A DNA stretch of 64,000 nt from an uncultured Candidatus Saccharibacteria bacterium (GTDB taxonomy: Bacteria; Patescibacteriota; Minisyncoccia; Phycocordibacterales; DATDWN01): the NCBI GenBank assembly GCA_964597675.1, contig CAZQYV010000004.1, positions 5,590-69,589 of the forward strand, written 5' to 3'. Shown here in pieces: positions 1-10,441 of this stretch (position 1 is the first letter of the stretch; each line of letters starts with the position of its first letter). The position numbers and the translations under genes were made by a program. The notes beneath the pieces are model-generated. The model was not told the DNA's origin. It made no database searches and saw only the letters and a program-made list of their open reading frames with translations.

Positions 1-69
1 ACGATTGATTTTTCGATACTTTTGTCACAGTGGGGAACAGTAGGTCTACGTTAGCGACATATAAATTAT

Positions 70-957
70 ATGAGCAGATCAAAAATACAACACATCATAA
101 TATTCTCACAATTATTAATTGCCTTTTTTGGATTTGTCTCATCTGCCAAAGCACTAACTGTATATGTTGATCAACCAAAAGGTGTTGTGCGAGCAGGGGA
201 CACGGTTTTAGTAAAGGTAGTCGTTGATACGGGAGATAAAGAGATAAATGCTGTCGAGGGTTCGATACGATTGTCAGATAATGTAAAAATACGAGGTGTC
301 GAGACTGGAGGATCTGTTTTTAGTATGTGGCCTGTTTACCCAGCTTATCAAAATGGTGTGATACATTTTGCTGGCGGTACACCATCTGGTGTGTTTGGTA
401 ATCGTATACACATTTTTTCATTTGCTGTAACGTCTGTGACTACAGGAGAGGTTACTTCACATGTATATGATGCTTCAGTATACCTTGCTGATGGCAAGGG
501 TACACGCGTCAATGTAGAGACACGAGACTCTTCTTTTATAATAAACGAGACATCAACATCACAACGTGATGATTTTACTTCATTACAGAAAAATGATACT
601 ACACCTCCAGAAAAATTTATAATTGAATATACCAAAGATCCAAGCGTATATGGCGGAAAGGCATTTATTAGTTTTGGTACTACAGATAAAGATTCGGGAG
701 TAAATAGATATGAGGTTACTGAAAATGGTGTTGTATATACTGTCAATAATGGAGTATATGTACTTCAGGATGAAAATAATTTACCTAATATTATAGTTAC
801 TGCGGTTGATTCAGCTGGCAACAAAAGATCAGTTGTACACAGCGTAACTTCACCTGACAGAACATATGCTGGTATACTGATATTAGTCGTTATAATATTT
901 ATTATTTACTACTTCTATAATAGAAGAAAGAGATATCATGCTCCTACAGAAATATAA
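70..957 (+). CDS. Cohesin-like domain surface protein (signal peptide, C-terminal TM anchor)
   Basis: Signal peptide; beta-rich 'VVVDTGDKEINAVEGSI...FAGGTPSG' segment; 'DTTPPEKF...DKDSGVNRYEV' Ig-like module; C-terminal TM then basic residues. Confidence 0.7.
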   Translation: MSRSKIQHIIIFSQLLIAFFGFVSSAKALTVYVDQPKGVVRAGDTVLVKVVVDTGDKEINAVEGSIRLSDNVKIRGVETGGSVFSMWPVYPAYQNGVIHFAGGTPSGVFGNRIHIFSFAVTSVTTGEVTSHVYDASVYLADGKGTRVNVETRDSSFIINETSTSQRDDFTSLQKNDTTPPEKFIIEYTKDPSVYGGKAFISFGTTDKDSGVNRYEVTENGVVYTVNNGVYVLQDENNLPNIIVTAVDSAGNKRSVVHSVTSPDRTYAGILILVVIIFIIYYFYNRRKRYHAPTEI

Positions 958-2674
958 AAAAATAGTTTTTATTTTCTTTTTGTGTCTAGTTTTTCCATAT
1001 CAATCTATTCATGCTGCATCATTATACATACAACCATCACAAGTCAATGTCGCAGCGGGCAATATAGTTAGTGTCTCAATACTTGTAGACACGTCTGGGC
1101 AAGCAATCAATTCCGCTGATATGACTATTCAGTTTCCGACAGACACACTCGAAGTGATGTCCATTTCTAGAACTGGTTCGATATTTCCAATATGGGTTGA
1201 GGAGCCAACTTTTTCAAACGCACAAGGGACAATATCGGTCAGCGGAGGACTCCCTGCACCAGGATACACAGGGTCAGCCGGTAAAATTGTTAGCATTGTA
1301 TTTACAGCAAAAAAGACCGGCACAGCATCAATTTTGATAAGTTCAGGGTCAATTCGAGCAAATGATGGCCTGGGTACTGATATTCTGACAAATAAAGGAT
1401 CTGCACAAGTTAACCTTGTTGCAGGTACAAAAGAAGTTGTTCAACCTAAAACTACTCAAGCAGCACCTACGTCAGTCACAAGTACATCTGCTCCGGTAAT
1501 TCAATCATCGAGCCATCCAGATCAAACAAAGTGGTATGGATTGAGAAATGTATCGGTTAGTTGGGATATACCACAGGGTGCAACAGCAATGAAAGTATCA
1601 TTAGATTCTCAAGCTAAAACAATCCCGGATGAGGATAGTCCTGTTGTATCGAGCAAGCAATTTACTGACGTTTCTGATGGAGTACGATATGTTCACGTGA
1701 GATTCCGTACGGCTTCAGGTTGGGGACAGACAGGACATCTTAAAGTGCAAATCGATGCTACGCCACCTGATCCATTTTCGATTAAATTTCCGCATGAGGC
1801 AACAAGCAGTGACCCTCGTCCCGTGATGCTTTTTAACACATCTGATAAAACTTCTGGTGTTGCCTATTACAATATCAAGATAGGTGATAAGGATTATATG
1901 TATATCGATCCGACATTAGTGACATCAAATCCATACACACCACCACCACAAAACCCTGGGCCGCATGAAGTCATTGTCGAGGCGGTTGATCGAGCTGGAA
2001 ATATATCGACAAATAAGGCGGGTTTTGAAATTGAAGCGATTACCGCACCAACAATCACATATTATACAGATGAGTTTGTTGAGGGAGATATATTGAAGGT
2101 TCGTGGAATTACTTATCCACTCGCTCAAGTTGAACTTATCTTACGTGACAAAAATAATAATACATATCAAGATTTTGCAAAAGCAAATTTAAGTGGTGAT
2201 TTTAGTATTGTATGGGCAAAACATGTTCCAGCAGGCACCTACAAGATGACCGCTATAGCGACAGACAGTCGAAATGCAAAAAGTCTTGAGACAGCACCGC
2301 TAACTGTTGTGGTTAGTAGTAAGCCACTTTTTGTCCTTGGTAAAATCATCGTAACATACACAAGTATTATTGTGTTTATTATATTCTGTTCACTACTTGT
2401 TTTCTTTGGGGCATGGTATATGTGGACAAAATTCAGATTATACAGAGCACGGATTAAAAATGAAATTGATGAAGTTGACCAGACCATACATAAAGCATTT
2501 GCATTATTGAGTCAGGACCTGGAGACAGAGATCAAGGCGCTAGAAAAGGTAAAACGTAAGAGAAGTCTGACTACAGAAGAGGAACGTATTATAAAAAGAT
2601 TCAGAAAGAGCTTTGCTGATGCAGAAAAGGTTCTCGAAAAGGAACTAAATGATATAGAGAAGGAGATGTTTTAG
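938..2674 (+). CDS. Cohesin-like plus Ig-like repeat surface protein with TM helix and cytoplasmic coiled coil
   Basis: Paralogous N-terminus to the upstream ORF, several Ig-like modules, TM near aa 475-497; overlaps upstream gene. Confidence 0.7.
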   Translation: MLLQKYKKIVFIFFLCLVFPYQSIHAASLYIQPSQVNVAAGNIVSVSILVDTSGQAINSADMTIQFPTDTLEVMSISRTGSIFPIWVEEPTFSNAQGTISVSGGLPAPGYTGSAGKIVSIVFTAKKTGTASILISSGSIRANDGLGTDILTNKGSAQVNLVAGTKEVVQPKTTQAAPTSVTSTSAPVIQSSSHPDQTKWYGLRNVSVSWDIPQGATAMKVSLDSQAKTIPDEDSPVVSSKQFTDVSDGVRYVHVRFRTASGWGQTGHLKVQIDATPPDPFSIKFPHEATSSDPRPVMLFNTSDKTSGVAYYNIKIGDKDYMYIDPTLVTSNPYTPPPQNPGPHEVIVEAVDRAGNISTNKAGFEIEAITAPTITYYTDEFVEGDILKVRGITYPLAQVELILRDKNNNTYQDFAKANLSGDFSIVWAKHVPAGTYKMTAIATDSRNAKSLETAPLTVVVSSKPLFVLGKIIVTYTSIIVFIIFCSLLVFFGAWYMWTKFRLYRARIKNEIDEVDQTIHKAFALLSQDLETEIKALEKVKRKRSLTTEEERIIKRFRKSFADAEKVLEKELNDIEKEMF

Positions 2675-2714
2675 GCCAACATATCATCACACTTTTTGGA
2701 TCACAAACTATTTA

Positions 2715-3506
2715 CTAATAGTATCGTTTGATGTTTTTCTTGTGCTCATCATATGTTTTTGCACAATGAATTACACCTTTTTTATCGTGTAAGTAAAACA
2801 TACATGAGGTTTTTTGTGGGTTGTATGCTGCCTCTATAGCCGCAAGGCCAGGACTTGCAATAGGTGATGGTGGAAGCTCCGTGTACATGTATGTATTGTA
2901 TGGAGAGTCAATATATTTGTCTTTTGGGTCAACCTGTGGCCACCAATCACCTTCGTTGCCTTTTGCGTATTGGAGCGTGGCATCCATTTGTAGTTTCATG
3001 CCCTGGAAAATTCGATTCCAGATAATTCCCGAAATAAGACGCATGTCATTTTTGCCACCCGCCTCTCGTTGAATAATAGATGCTATCTTTAGTGCTGTCT
3101 CCTCGTTAATTATTTTTGTTGCCTTAGTTTTAGGTATATTTTTTGTTTGTTTTTTAAATTCGTTAACCATAATCCCACTGACTGCAAGTGGCTCATCGTC
3201 CTTATGGATCATATAACTTTTTGGGAAATAGTATCCTTCAAGATTTGTACGGTTGACAGCAATGTGAGCGTTTATAAAATCTCGCTTTTCTTTATCATCC
3301 CACCCCAGTTTTGAGCCAACAACGTCTGCTATTTCTTCTTTGCGGAGACCCTCTTGTATTTTTATTATGCGGACAGATGGATTGGCGAGGTTTTCATAAA
3401 AAGAAAGGGTCGCGAGGACGTCCCAGTCGAAGCCGTAATAACGGACAATACCACATAGCCCTCCTGCAACACACACAAAAAGGAATATAATTGTTTTCCA
3501 TTTCAT
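2715..3506 (-). CDS. mltG: Endolytic transglycosylase MltG/YceG family (short form)
   Basis: EGYYFP, IASIIQREA, LQMDAT, DSPYNTY, LPPSPIASPG motifs; start moved to ATG 3506 (MKWKTII). Confidence 0.85.
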   Translation of the reverse strand: MKWKTIIFLFVCVAGGLCGIVRYYGFDWDVLATLSFYENLANPSVRIIKIQEGLRKEEIADVVGSKLGWDDKEKRDFINAHIAVNRTNLEGYYFPKSYMIHKDDEPLAVSGIMVNEFKKQTKNIPKTKATKIINEETALKIASIIQREAGGKNDMRLISGIIWNRIFQGMKLQMDATLQYAKGNEGDWWPQVDPKDKYIDSPYNTYMYTELPPSPIASPGLAAIEAAYNPQKTSCMFYLHDKKGVIHCAKTYDEHKKNIKRYY

Positions 3507-3562
3507 ACTTGATTCTAGTATATCATATAGTATATGATAGGCGAATAACTCAATAATATAGT

Positions 3563-3787
3563 ATGTCAATCAAAACCTTTTTAATGAAAAAAATGCTTGC
3601 TTCACAGATGAAGGGTGTGCCACAGGCAGAGCAGGAAAAAATATTTACAATGATTGAAAAGAATCCAGATCTTTTTCAGAAAATTGGCAGTGAAGTGCAA
3701 GAAGAAATGAAAAAAGGCAAGGACCAGATGGCAGCAACGATGGAGGTGGTAAAGAGATACGAGTCTGATTTAAAAAAACTGGTCTAA
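3563..3787 (+). CDS. Small helical hypothetical protein
   Basis: 74-aa ORF with host-like codon use. Confidence 0.6.
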   Translation: MSIKTFLMKKMLASQMKGVPQAEQEKIFTMIEKNPDLFQKIGSEVQEEMKKGKDQMAATMEVVKRYESDLKKLV

Positions 3788-3850
3788 TTGTCCACATATT
3801 CTACATAGATTTTATTTGTTTTTATGTTGCTATGTTATACTTATAGCATC

Positions 3851-4360
3851 ATGGAAGAAAACATATATAACAATCCTCCACAATCACACAAATTGCGTAC
3901 AGCGCTATTACTGCTGACGTTTGTTGGCGCGATTGTAGGAGCGTACTCATATTTTTATCCACAACTTCGAAAAGAAATCACACCGGCACCTACTGTCGAG
4001 AAGCTTGCAGTAGATTTAGTCTCTAATGATCGTGGTCAAATACCTGTAGCATTTCCAAAGACTCTGGTTACAGAGAAAAACATTCGTGTGCTCGATAGTT
4101 ATGTTGCTACCACTCCACAAGGTGTAGAGCAGTCTACATTTCGATATATGTCTTCGATGAATTTTAAGCAAAATGTTGATTATTTTACACAGTATCTACA
4201 GAAAAATAAGTGGTCATATGTTACCCAGTCAAATGGTTTAGAATCTGCATCAATGGTTTACACAAAACAGATGGGTGGGACTATAACTATTAATATTAGT
4301 AAGAATCAATCATTACAGGCATATGTCGTAGATGTCACAATGGAAGTGTTAAAAAAATAA
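3851..4360 (+). CDS. Membrane-anchored hypothetical protein
   Basis: N-terminal TM; probable start ATG 3851. Confidence 0.6.
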   Translation: MEENIYNNPPQSHKLRTALLLLTFVGAIVGAYSYFYPQLRKEITPAPTVEKLAVDLVSNDRGQIPVAFPKTLVTEKNIRVLDSYVATTPQGVEQSTFRYMSSMNFKQNVDYFTQYLQKNKWSYVTQSNGLESASMVYTKQMGGTITINISKNQSLQAYVVDVTMEVLKK

Positions 4361-4364
4361 TACT

Positions 4365-7109
4365 ATGAAAAGAATTCTAATTATATGTTCATTTCTTTTT
4401 GCAATATCAATACCTGTAGCATATGCCGGGCAGATATTGTTTCAAATAAATTCTGCACCTGCTTATGGGTACACCGCATCATGTAATGCGCCGTATGACG
4501 ATGCTACAACTCAATGTATGCAACGAGGTGGAACTATTGGTGGAGGCTCTCCTATTGTTTATTATACACTTATGGGTCAGGCATGTGGTAATGGTAATAC
4601 CTCACTTGCCAACACTCATTCATGCAGTACTGCATATAGAAATAGCCAAGGTATGTGTGGGCAAGACTGCCTTGGAACACTAACCTATAATGGTGAATTG
4701 CTCAGCGCGTCTTCTTGTTCATTATCTGGCACCCCACCAACAGCATCATATAGTTGTCAGTTCTTCGGCGCTTGCCAGGTAGTTGTATATCCAGGAAATG
4801 ATTTTTGGGCATTTGTACCAAGTAGTGCGTGCACGACTGGAGGCGGTGGCAGTACTGGCTTCGCGTTAGGAGTTACACCATTACTCCGTACAATTAATCA
4901 GGGAGATACGACAACATATTCAGTGAATATATACAACCAATATTCAGGTACATTAAACCTATCAGTCACTGGATGTCCTCCTGGTGCATCATGTACGTTT
5001 TCAAGTTCTGCCCCAGTATTTACATCTGTTCCAACTGATGACAACATGACATTAACTTTGACAGTTTCAAACACATCCTCAATTCCATCAAATTTATATA
5101 CACTTAATGTTTCTGGGGTTACCAACAGTGTGACTGCAAATGCGGCCCCTGTACAGTTGCAGGTTAATTCTCTTCCTCCAAGTAATCCAGTCAACCCAAC
5201 AGGGACATCAAGTTCAGCTGCTGGTAATGCTGCTAGTTGTGCAAGTGTCAACTTGTCATGGGGAGCATCGACGGGTGGTTCCGGTGCTATCACATATACT
5301 ATTTTCAGAAATACAGTGAATTCAGCATTGAGTGCAACTCAAATTACAAATGGTTTGTCGGCAACCACATATACAAACTCATCGATCGCCGCCTCGACAT
5401 CATATTATTATTGGGTACAAGCAGTGTCTGGTGGTCAGACTAGTAGCATGGTTCCTTTTGGAGTTATCACAACCCCAGCATGTAGTGTCGCAGGTACCGC
5501 GCCTACCGTTTCTTTGAGTAGTAATCCAAGCGGTGGTACAGCACCAATGACGAGTACGATCACATGGACAACAAGCAATAGCCCGACATCATGTACCGCA
5601 AGTGGCGCTTGGTCTGGGTCAAAGACAACAAGTGGTGGTAGTCAGTCGGTTACAGGTATTCCTGCAGGTAGTAATACGTTCACGTTGTCGTGTACAAATG
5701 CATATGGTACAGGCTCTGCAAGTACAAATGTCACTGCTATTGCTGCTGATGCAGGTGCGCCCACAGTTACGGTCACTGCAAATCCAACATCTGGAGCAGT
5801 TGGTATGTCTACCATGGTTACATGGACAACAACAAACAGCCCAACAACGTGTACTGCATTTGATGACTGGTCAGGTGCAAAAGCGGTGGGCGGTGGAAGT
5901 CAGGTTATAACCAATCTTTCCAGTGGCGTTAAGAGATTTTCTATTCAATGTACAAATGCAAATGGTGGTTCCGTGGGAAGTGCGACTGTGACTGTTGGTA
6001 GTTCACCTACAACACCCACCGCTACGATTTCAGTTTCTCCATCTACTATTACGACTGGCAGTAACACAACGGTTATTTGGTCATCAACAAACTCAACTTC
6101 GTGTACTGCTTCTGGTGGTTGGTCAGGAACAAAAGCTGTCTCTGGTTCAGAAATTATGTATGGCCTTACGACAGATACAACCTATACAATAAACTGTACA
6201 AATGGAGTAACAAACAGTGGACCAATTTCTACGACTGTAACTGTTGTTCCTGTACAGGGTCAGTGTGGAGCCTATCCATATTATGGTTTTATATATGGAC
6301 CAACGGGAAATATACCAATTAACAGTAATTTCCAGGTGACCTGTGACTCAGGTATTGGTAATTATTTACCAAATAATCCTCCTCCAATTGTTGATAATCC
6401 ATATGTAGATGGTCATTGTACATTTTCAAACTGGAATGGTACTGGTGCTGTTTACAATTGTACTGCCCCAAGTAATCCTACTCGACAATGGATGACCTGT
6501 GGATGGAATAATTTACCAAGTCTCCCACAATGTACGACCGGAATGTTTTTGTACTACGGTAATACTGCGGACCCAATTGTTCCAACTCTTATAATAACTC
6601 CATCTTCTGGATCTGGTCCGTTTACATTTAGTTGGACTGTCTCTGGTGGTGCAACAGAATGTTCCGCATATGGTGATGGTTCTACATCATGGTCTGGATA
6701 CAAGAATCCTTTGAGTGGTAGTGAATCTGGTAAAACAATAACTGCAGGAACACACACATTTAGATTAGATTGTTTTGATACTAATCCATCGTATCAACGC
6801 TCTGGAAGTGGTAGCGCTACTGTCACTGTGTCTGGTGCATCAACTTCATATACACTCAATGTTTCCAAGACAATCGGTGGGTCAGTTAAGAGTGCTGATT
6901 CATTTATCAACTGTGGTGCTGCCTGTGCAAAGAGTTACAACCAGGGAACCGCAGTAACACTCAACGCGTATCCAGATTCAACCCAGTGGAAATTTGCTGG
7001 ATGGACAGGGGATTGTTCTGGAACAGGCACCTGTAACTTGATTATGAATGCAGCAAAATCTGTTAAAGCACTCTTTATTCTTCGGCCTCTGCTATATCAA
7101 GAATTTTAA
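4365..7109 (+). CDS. Large secreted Ser/Thr/Gly/Cys-rich surface protein (FN3, Ig/PKD-like repeats, C-terminal InlB B-repeat-like domain)
   Basis: Signal peptide; FN3 'VNLSW...YTIFR...YYYWVQAV'; repeated 'TWTT.NSPT.CTA..WSG.K'; C-terminal 'FAGWTGDCSGTGTCNLIM'. Confidence 0.75.
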   Translation: MKRILIICSFLFAISIPVAYAGQILFQINSAPAYGYTASCNAPYDDATTQCMQRGGTIGGGSPIVYYTLMGQACGNGNTSLANTHSCSTAYRNSQGMCGQDCLGTLTYNGELLSASSCSLSGTPPTASYSCQFFGACQVVVYPGNDFWAFVPSSACTTGGGGSTGFALGVTPLLRTINQGDTTTYSVNIYNQYSGTLNLSVTGCPPGASCTFSSSAPVFTSVPTDDNMTLTLTVSNTSSIPSNLYTLNVSGVTNSVTANAAPVQLQVNSLPPSNPVNPTGTSSSAAGNAASCASVNLSWGASTGGSGAITYTIFRNTVNSALSATQITNGLSATTYTNSSIAASTSYYYWVQAVSGGQTSSMVPFGVITTPACSVAGTAPTVSLSSNPSGGTAPMTSTITWTTSNSPTSCTASGAWSGSKTTSGGSQSVTGIPAGSNTFTLSCTNAYGTGSASTNVTAIAADAGAPTVTVTANPTSGAVGMSTMVTWTTTNSPTTCTAFDDWSGAKAVGGGSQVITNLSSGVKRFSIQCTNANGGSVGSATVTVGSSPTTPTATISVSPSTITTGSNTTVIWSSTNSTSCTASGGWSGTKAVSGSEIMYGLTTDTTYTINCTNGVTNSGPISTTVTVVPVQGQCGAYPYYGFIYGPTGNIPINSNFQVTCDSGIGNYLPNNPPPIVDNPYVDGHCTFSNWNGTGAVYNCTAPSNPTRQWMTCGWNNLPSLPQCTTGMFLYYGNTADPIVPTLIITPSSGSGPFTFSWTVSGGATECSAYGDGSTSWSGYKNPLSGSESGKTITAGTHTFRLDCFDTNPSYQRSGSGSATVTVSGASTSYTLNVSKTIGGSVKSADSFINCGAACAKSYNQGTAVTLNAYPDSTQWKFAGWTGDCSGTGTCNLIMNAAKSVKALFILRPLLYQEF

Positions 7110-7120
7110 AGGAGATACGA

Positions 7121-7151
7121 AAAAAGCGGGCCCGATTGGGGTCCGCTTTTC
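7121..7151. terminator. Bidirectional intrinsic terminator
   Basis: AAAAAGCGGGCCC-GATTG-GGGTCCGCTTTT between convergent genes. Confidence 0.7.
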
Positions 7152-7164
7152 ATATTGAAAGGAC

Positions 7165-9237
7165 TCACTCCACAGTCTTTGGAGACGGTGGGGGATTTGT
7201 ATTGAACCAAAATACTCTCTCTGGCGGAGCAAACTTGATGTTGCTCCCATACCAGATTGTCTCCGGCATTACGAACTTGATTCGTTCAAGTCCTGGACGC
7301 TCGTCAGAGATGATCTCGTACTTCACCTCACGGTCGTCGATCGTGAGGACAAACTTTTCGGTCCCTCGACCGGTTACCCAACCTACGAGAGTATCGCCAG
7401 CATTCACTGGGTTGTCGCCCGTTACGAGCCCTTTCTCGTTAGCAACGAGAAAGTAGGTAGCATCATCTGGCAGACGTAGGAAAGTTGGTGCTGACGCGAC
7501 GATCTCTGTAGAGAAAGGCTTCGATCGGTTGATTAAAGCACCTTCAGTAGAGACCTTTTCAACGATCAGGTTGTGCTTTCCGAGCGAGATGTCGCTCGGC
7601 ATAACAAACGTAATTGTCGAACCACTCTCATTCGTCTTCACAGACTGCAGTGTGGAGGCGATACCTCCGACACGCACAATGCATCCAGTAATGCAAAGAT
7701 CTTGACCCTTGAGGATCATTATCTTGTTCGGTGCAGGGGACTCGACCTCACCGTACATAGAGACGATTTCTGAGATCGTTCCGACACGATAGAGTGGATC
7801 AGCGGAGACGACCAGAGTCATTTTTTCAGACTCAATCGTTTCTGAGATGTTTTTCAATCTCACGACAATAGTGTACTCACCCGGCTCGATTGGAGCCATG
7901 AAAGTGACCATACCGTTTTCGACAGTCGTTGGCACCTCAATGCCATCGACAAGGATTGTTGTCGTCGCTTTTTCAGCAACGAGCCCGACACCCATGACAA
8001 CCACAAGTGCCTCTGGGGCAACAGTGCCAAGGGTCTCAACCTTCGGCACCAAGAGTGGCGGAAGTGGTGGCAGAGAAATCTTGACCACCTTATCCTTGGT
8101 GCTGTCTTTTGGATCAGCAACAAGGATGTAAGTGGACCCTATGGCATCAATGGATGCCCAAAAGGGGTTCACCGCGGACTTCACAATTCCCGGTATCGTG
8201 GTTGGTCCGTAGACCGTCCAAGACTCCTTGGTCTCGATATCGAGAAGAACGAAGGAATCAGATTTCCCAGGAATCTCGATGCCGAGATACTCGTTCACAG
8301 CCAATAAGGTGTACGAGCCCCTTAGGGCGATAGGTCGCAGGTTCCAGCGCGTTGCGCTGTAAACTTCCTTCGGGCTGCCATCGGTAAGCACCACAACGTG
8401 GTACTTACCATCCTTATCCTTGTAACTAGCAATTCCTTGCCAGTTATCGGGGTCAAAGGCTAGATCACAACATACTGCAGTTGTGACCTTTGCGGGGCGC
8501 GACGAAGATAGTAAGACTGTTGAATCGCCGTTAGACGAAATTCGCACAATCTCTGTTTCAGTTGTCTGTGGGTTACGCGGAGACCTTTCCGCAAGAAATG
8601 TCCCAGATTTTTCCCGCCAGACCTGGATGAGTTGGAATTCTGGATCAGTGAGGATGAGTTCCTCGTTCAGTGCGCAAGCGAGCGATGCGGGATTCTCCTT
8701 GAATGAGTAAATCCCAACATCGCCTATCATGGCCAGTCCAGTGTAGTACACCTTCCCATCGAGGGAAGGAAACTCGCCATGAAATTCATCCAAAGCGAGA
8801 TTATTCATTGTTCCGATGCACGGATTGAACGTGCGTTCTGGCGACATCCGTGTTGCCGTATGGTTGGAGGCAGCGTATGCGGGCACCTTTTTATACGGGA
8901 ACCCAACGGATGAATACACCATGGTTCCCAAAGTAGGTAATGTCGTCTGGAGGATGGTTCCATCCTCTGCCGTCTTTTCAATCGGCGGCGGGACTATTAG
9001 AGGGAATCCATTCTGTACTTGTGGCACAGACCACACTTTTTTTTGTGGGTCATATCTCATACCCATAAAGTTGGGATACGTTGCCATGATTGCAATTTCT
9101 CCATTGGAGGTCGCAACCAGAAACTGAATGTAATTACTTGAGTGGCTCGGCAGGGCAGGCAACGTCTCGACGACGAGGCCTTGACCGCTACACACAACCA
9201 CCCACAAAACAATTGAGAGAATGATTTTCCAGGTCAT
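7165..9237 (-). CDS. Secreted protein with IPT/TIG-like domains and a C-terminus resembling the Solibacter TIGR03437 domain
   Basis: Signal peptide; two IPT-like segments; 'APTF...GLVTGDNPVNAGDTLVGWVTGRG...PGLERIKFVMP'; visibly GC-richer than its neighbours. Confidence 0.55.
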   Translation of the reverse strand: MTWKIILSIVLWVVVCSGQGLVVETLPALPSHSSNYIQFLVATSNGEIAIMATYPNFMGMRYDPQKKVWSVPQVQNGFPLIVPPPIEKTAEDGTILQTTLPTLGTMVYSSVGFPYKKVPAYAASNHTATRMSPERTFNPCIGTMNNLALDEFHGEFPSLDGKVYYTGLAMIGDVGIYSFKENPASLACALNEELILTDPEFQLIQVWREKSGTFLAERSPRNPQTTETEIVRISSNGDSTVLLSSSRPAKVTTAVCCDLAFDPDNWQGIASYKDKDGKYHVVVLTDGSPKEVYSATRWNLRPIALRGSYTLLAVNEYLGIEIPGKSDSFVLLDIETKESWTVYGPTTIPGIVKSAVNPFWASIDAIGSTYILVADPKDSTKDKVVKISLPPLPPLLVPKVETLGTVAPEALVVVMGVGLVAEKATTTILVDGIEVPTTVENGMVTFMAPIEPGEYTIVVRLKNISETIESEKMTLVVSADPLYRVGTISEIVSMYGEVESPAPNKIMILKGQDLCITGCIVRVGGIASTLQSVKTNESGSTITFVMPSDISLGKHNLIVEKVSTEGALINRSKPFSTEIVASAPTFLRLPDDATYFLVANEKGLVTGDNPVNAGDTLVGWVTGRGTEKFVLTIDDREVKYEIISDERPGLERIKFVMPETIWYGSNIKFAPPERVFWFNTNPPPSPKTVE

Positions 9238-9385
9238 TCGTTCGTTTCCCCTTTATAAAGACGTATTGTTCAATACAAATATGTAAAAGAACTTATGCCC
9301 CGAATTATACATCATATTTATAAATTTGTACAGCATATTATCCACACCCCTATGCTATAGTCATATTTCGTTATATATTGAATAT

Positions 9386-9427
9386 ATGTCACTATCCATC
9401 GGTATGGTGTGAACGCAGCACGACATT
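9386..9427 (+). other. attL-like junction: displaced ychF 5' end (MSLSIG) joined to an attP right arm
   Basis: ATG TCA CTA TCC ATC GGT matches the YchF N-terminus; CATCGGTAT (9397-9405) repeats at 14702-14710; arm 9403-9427 is an imperfect inverted repeat of 14681-14705. Confidence 0.8.
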
Positions 9428-9582
9428 ACCTCGGCGAGATAGGTTCCAAGTCTATTCCATTTATGTTTACTATCAAGCTACCTCCAGCACAAAAGTTATT
9501 TGGGAATAAGTAAGGGGTGGGAGGGGGAGGAAAAACGACCCCCCGTGCCTTTATACGAGGTAACAATGTATGGACCTTCAAA

Positions 9583-9609
9583 AAAAAGCCCGATCTCTAC
9601 GACCGGGCT
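9583..9609 (-). terminator. Terminator, copy 1 of a repeated pair
   Basis: AAAAAGCCCGATCTCTACGACCGGGCT; 26/27 identical to 11504-11530. Confidence 0.75.
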
Positions 9610-9638
9610 ACCTATATTTTGTCAGCTCTAGATTTTGT

Positions 9639-10112
9639 TTACGAAAGTTCGTCAATGAGACCGCCGTGGAATCTGGCATAATAAACTATCTCATTTTTGT
9701 AATAGATGAATTCCTCGCCCGAAAACTGGGAGAGATCGCCATCCATATGGCTTTCGTAAGTGAACACTTCCGTAGTCCAGTAATTCGGACCGCGAAACGG
9801 AGTACCGTCTTCGACACCAACCCGGAGAGCTTTCTTGAGAAAGCTGTACACTGACTTATGGTCCATGCCTTCTTTGGTAACACCTCCGTAGTAATTCATA
9901 CCCCAAACAGTCTGGTTAACAATCCTAACAATTTCTTCGCCGATAAATCGACGACCGCCGTAGTAGGAGTCAAGATACAACCACCCGGATTTGTAATGTT
10001 GAAAATCGATTGAACCCGGTCTGCTCGGCATAACCGGTCTGCTTGAATTGGAGGCATAGGTATTGGCATGTGCTTCCACCAAAAAACGTTTGAGTGTTTC
10101 CAGATCTATCAT
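9639..10112 (-). CDS. DUF5680-like protein
   Basis: 'FLVEAHANTYA...YLDSYYGG..FIGEEIV...VWGMNYYG...FLKKAL...PFRGP...FHGGLI'; start 10112 with SD-like AAGGCGG. Confidence 0.75.
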   Translation of the reverse strand: MIDLETLKRFLVEAHANTYASNSSRPVMPSRPGSIDFQHYKSGWLYLDSYYGGRRFIGEEIVRIVNQTVWGMNYYGGVTKEGMDHKSVYSFLKKALRVGVEDGTPFRGPNYWTTEVFTYESHMDGDLSQFSGEEFIYYKNEIVYYARFHGGLIDELS

Positions 10113-10204
10113 TTTGACCGCCTTTCTGAGGTTTATATAACCATATTTTTGTATGTATTGCAATAGTTCGTAAAATATGGTTATATAGTGGCGGAGGTAA
10201 CTGT

Positions 10205-10426
10205 ATGCCAGCAGGTTGTAAGAAAGCATATATCGCTAAAGGAACAGTGCGGATTGGATTTGGAGGTGATCACGAAGATGTGGACAAGGAGTATGTCTTT
10301 CTCGCTTGGGGAGATGATCATGCTCCCACTGTAGCAAGAGAACTTGCTCACAACGAGGAACTCAACCTCCAGAAAGTTTTCCGAGTTTCAGATGTCAACG
10401 GCTACGTAGAGATTCCACTAAGCTAA
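10205..10426 (+). CDS. Hypothetical protein
   Basis: 73 aa, SD GGAGGT upstream. Confidence 0.55.
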   Translation: MPAGCKKAYIAKGTVRIGFGGDHEDVDKEYVFLAWGDDHAPTVARELAHNEELNLQKVFRVSDVNGYVEIPLS

Positions 10427-10441
10427 TAAGGAGAAGAAAGT

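Noticed and set aside
9337-9345. DnaA box TTATCCACA (also ~21010 and ~55759) as oriC
   Set aside because: Isolated single boxes with no cluster and no dnaA/dnaN nearby
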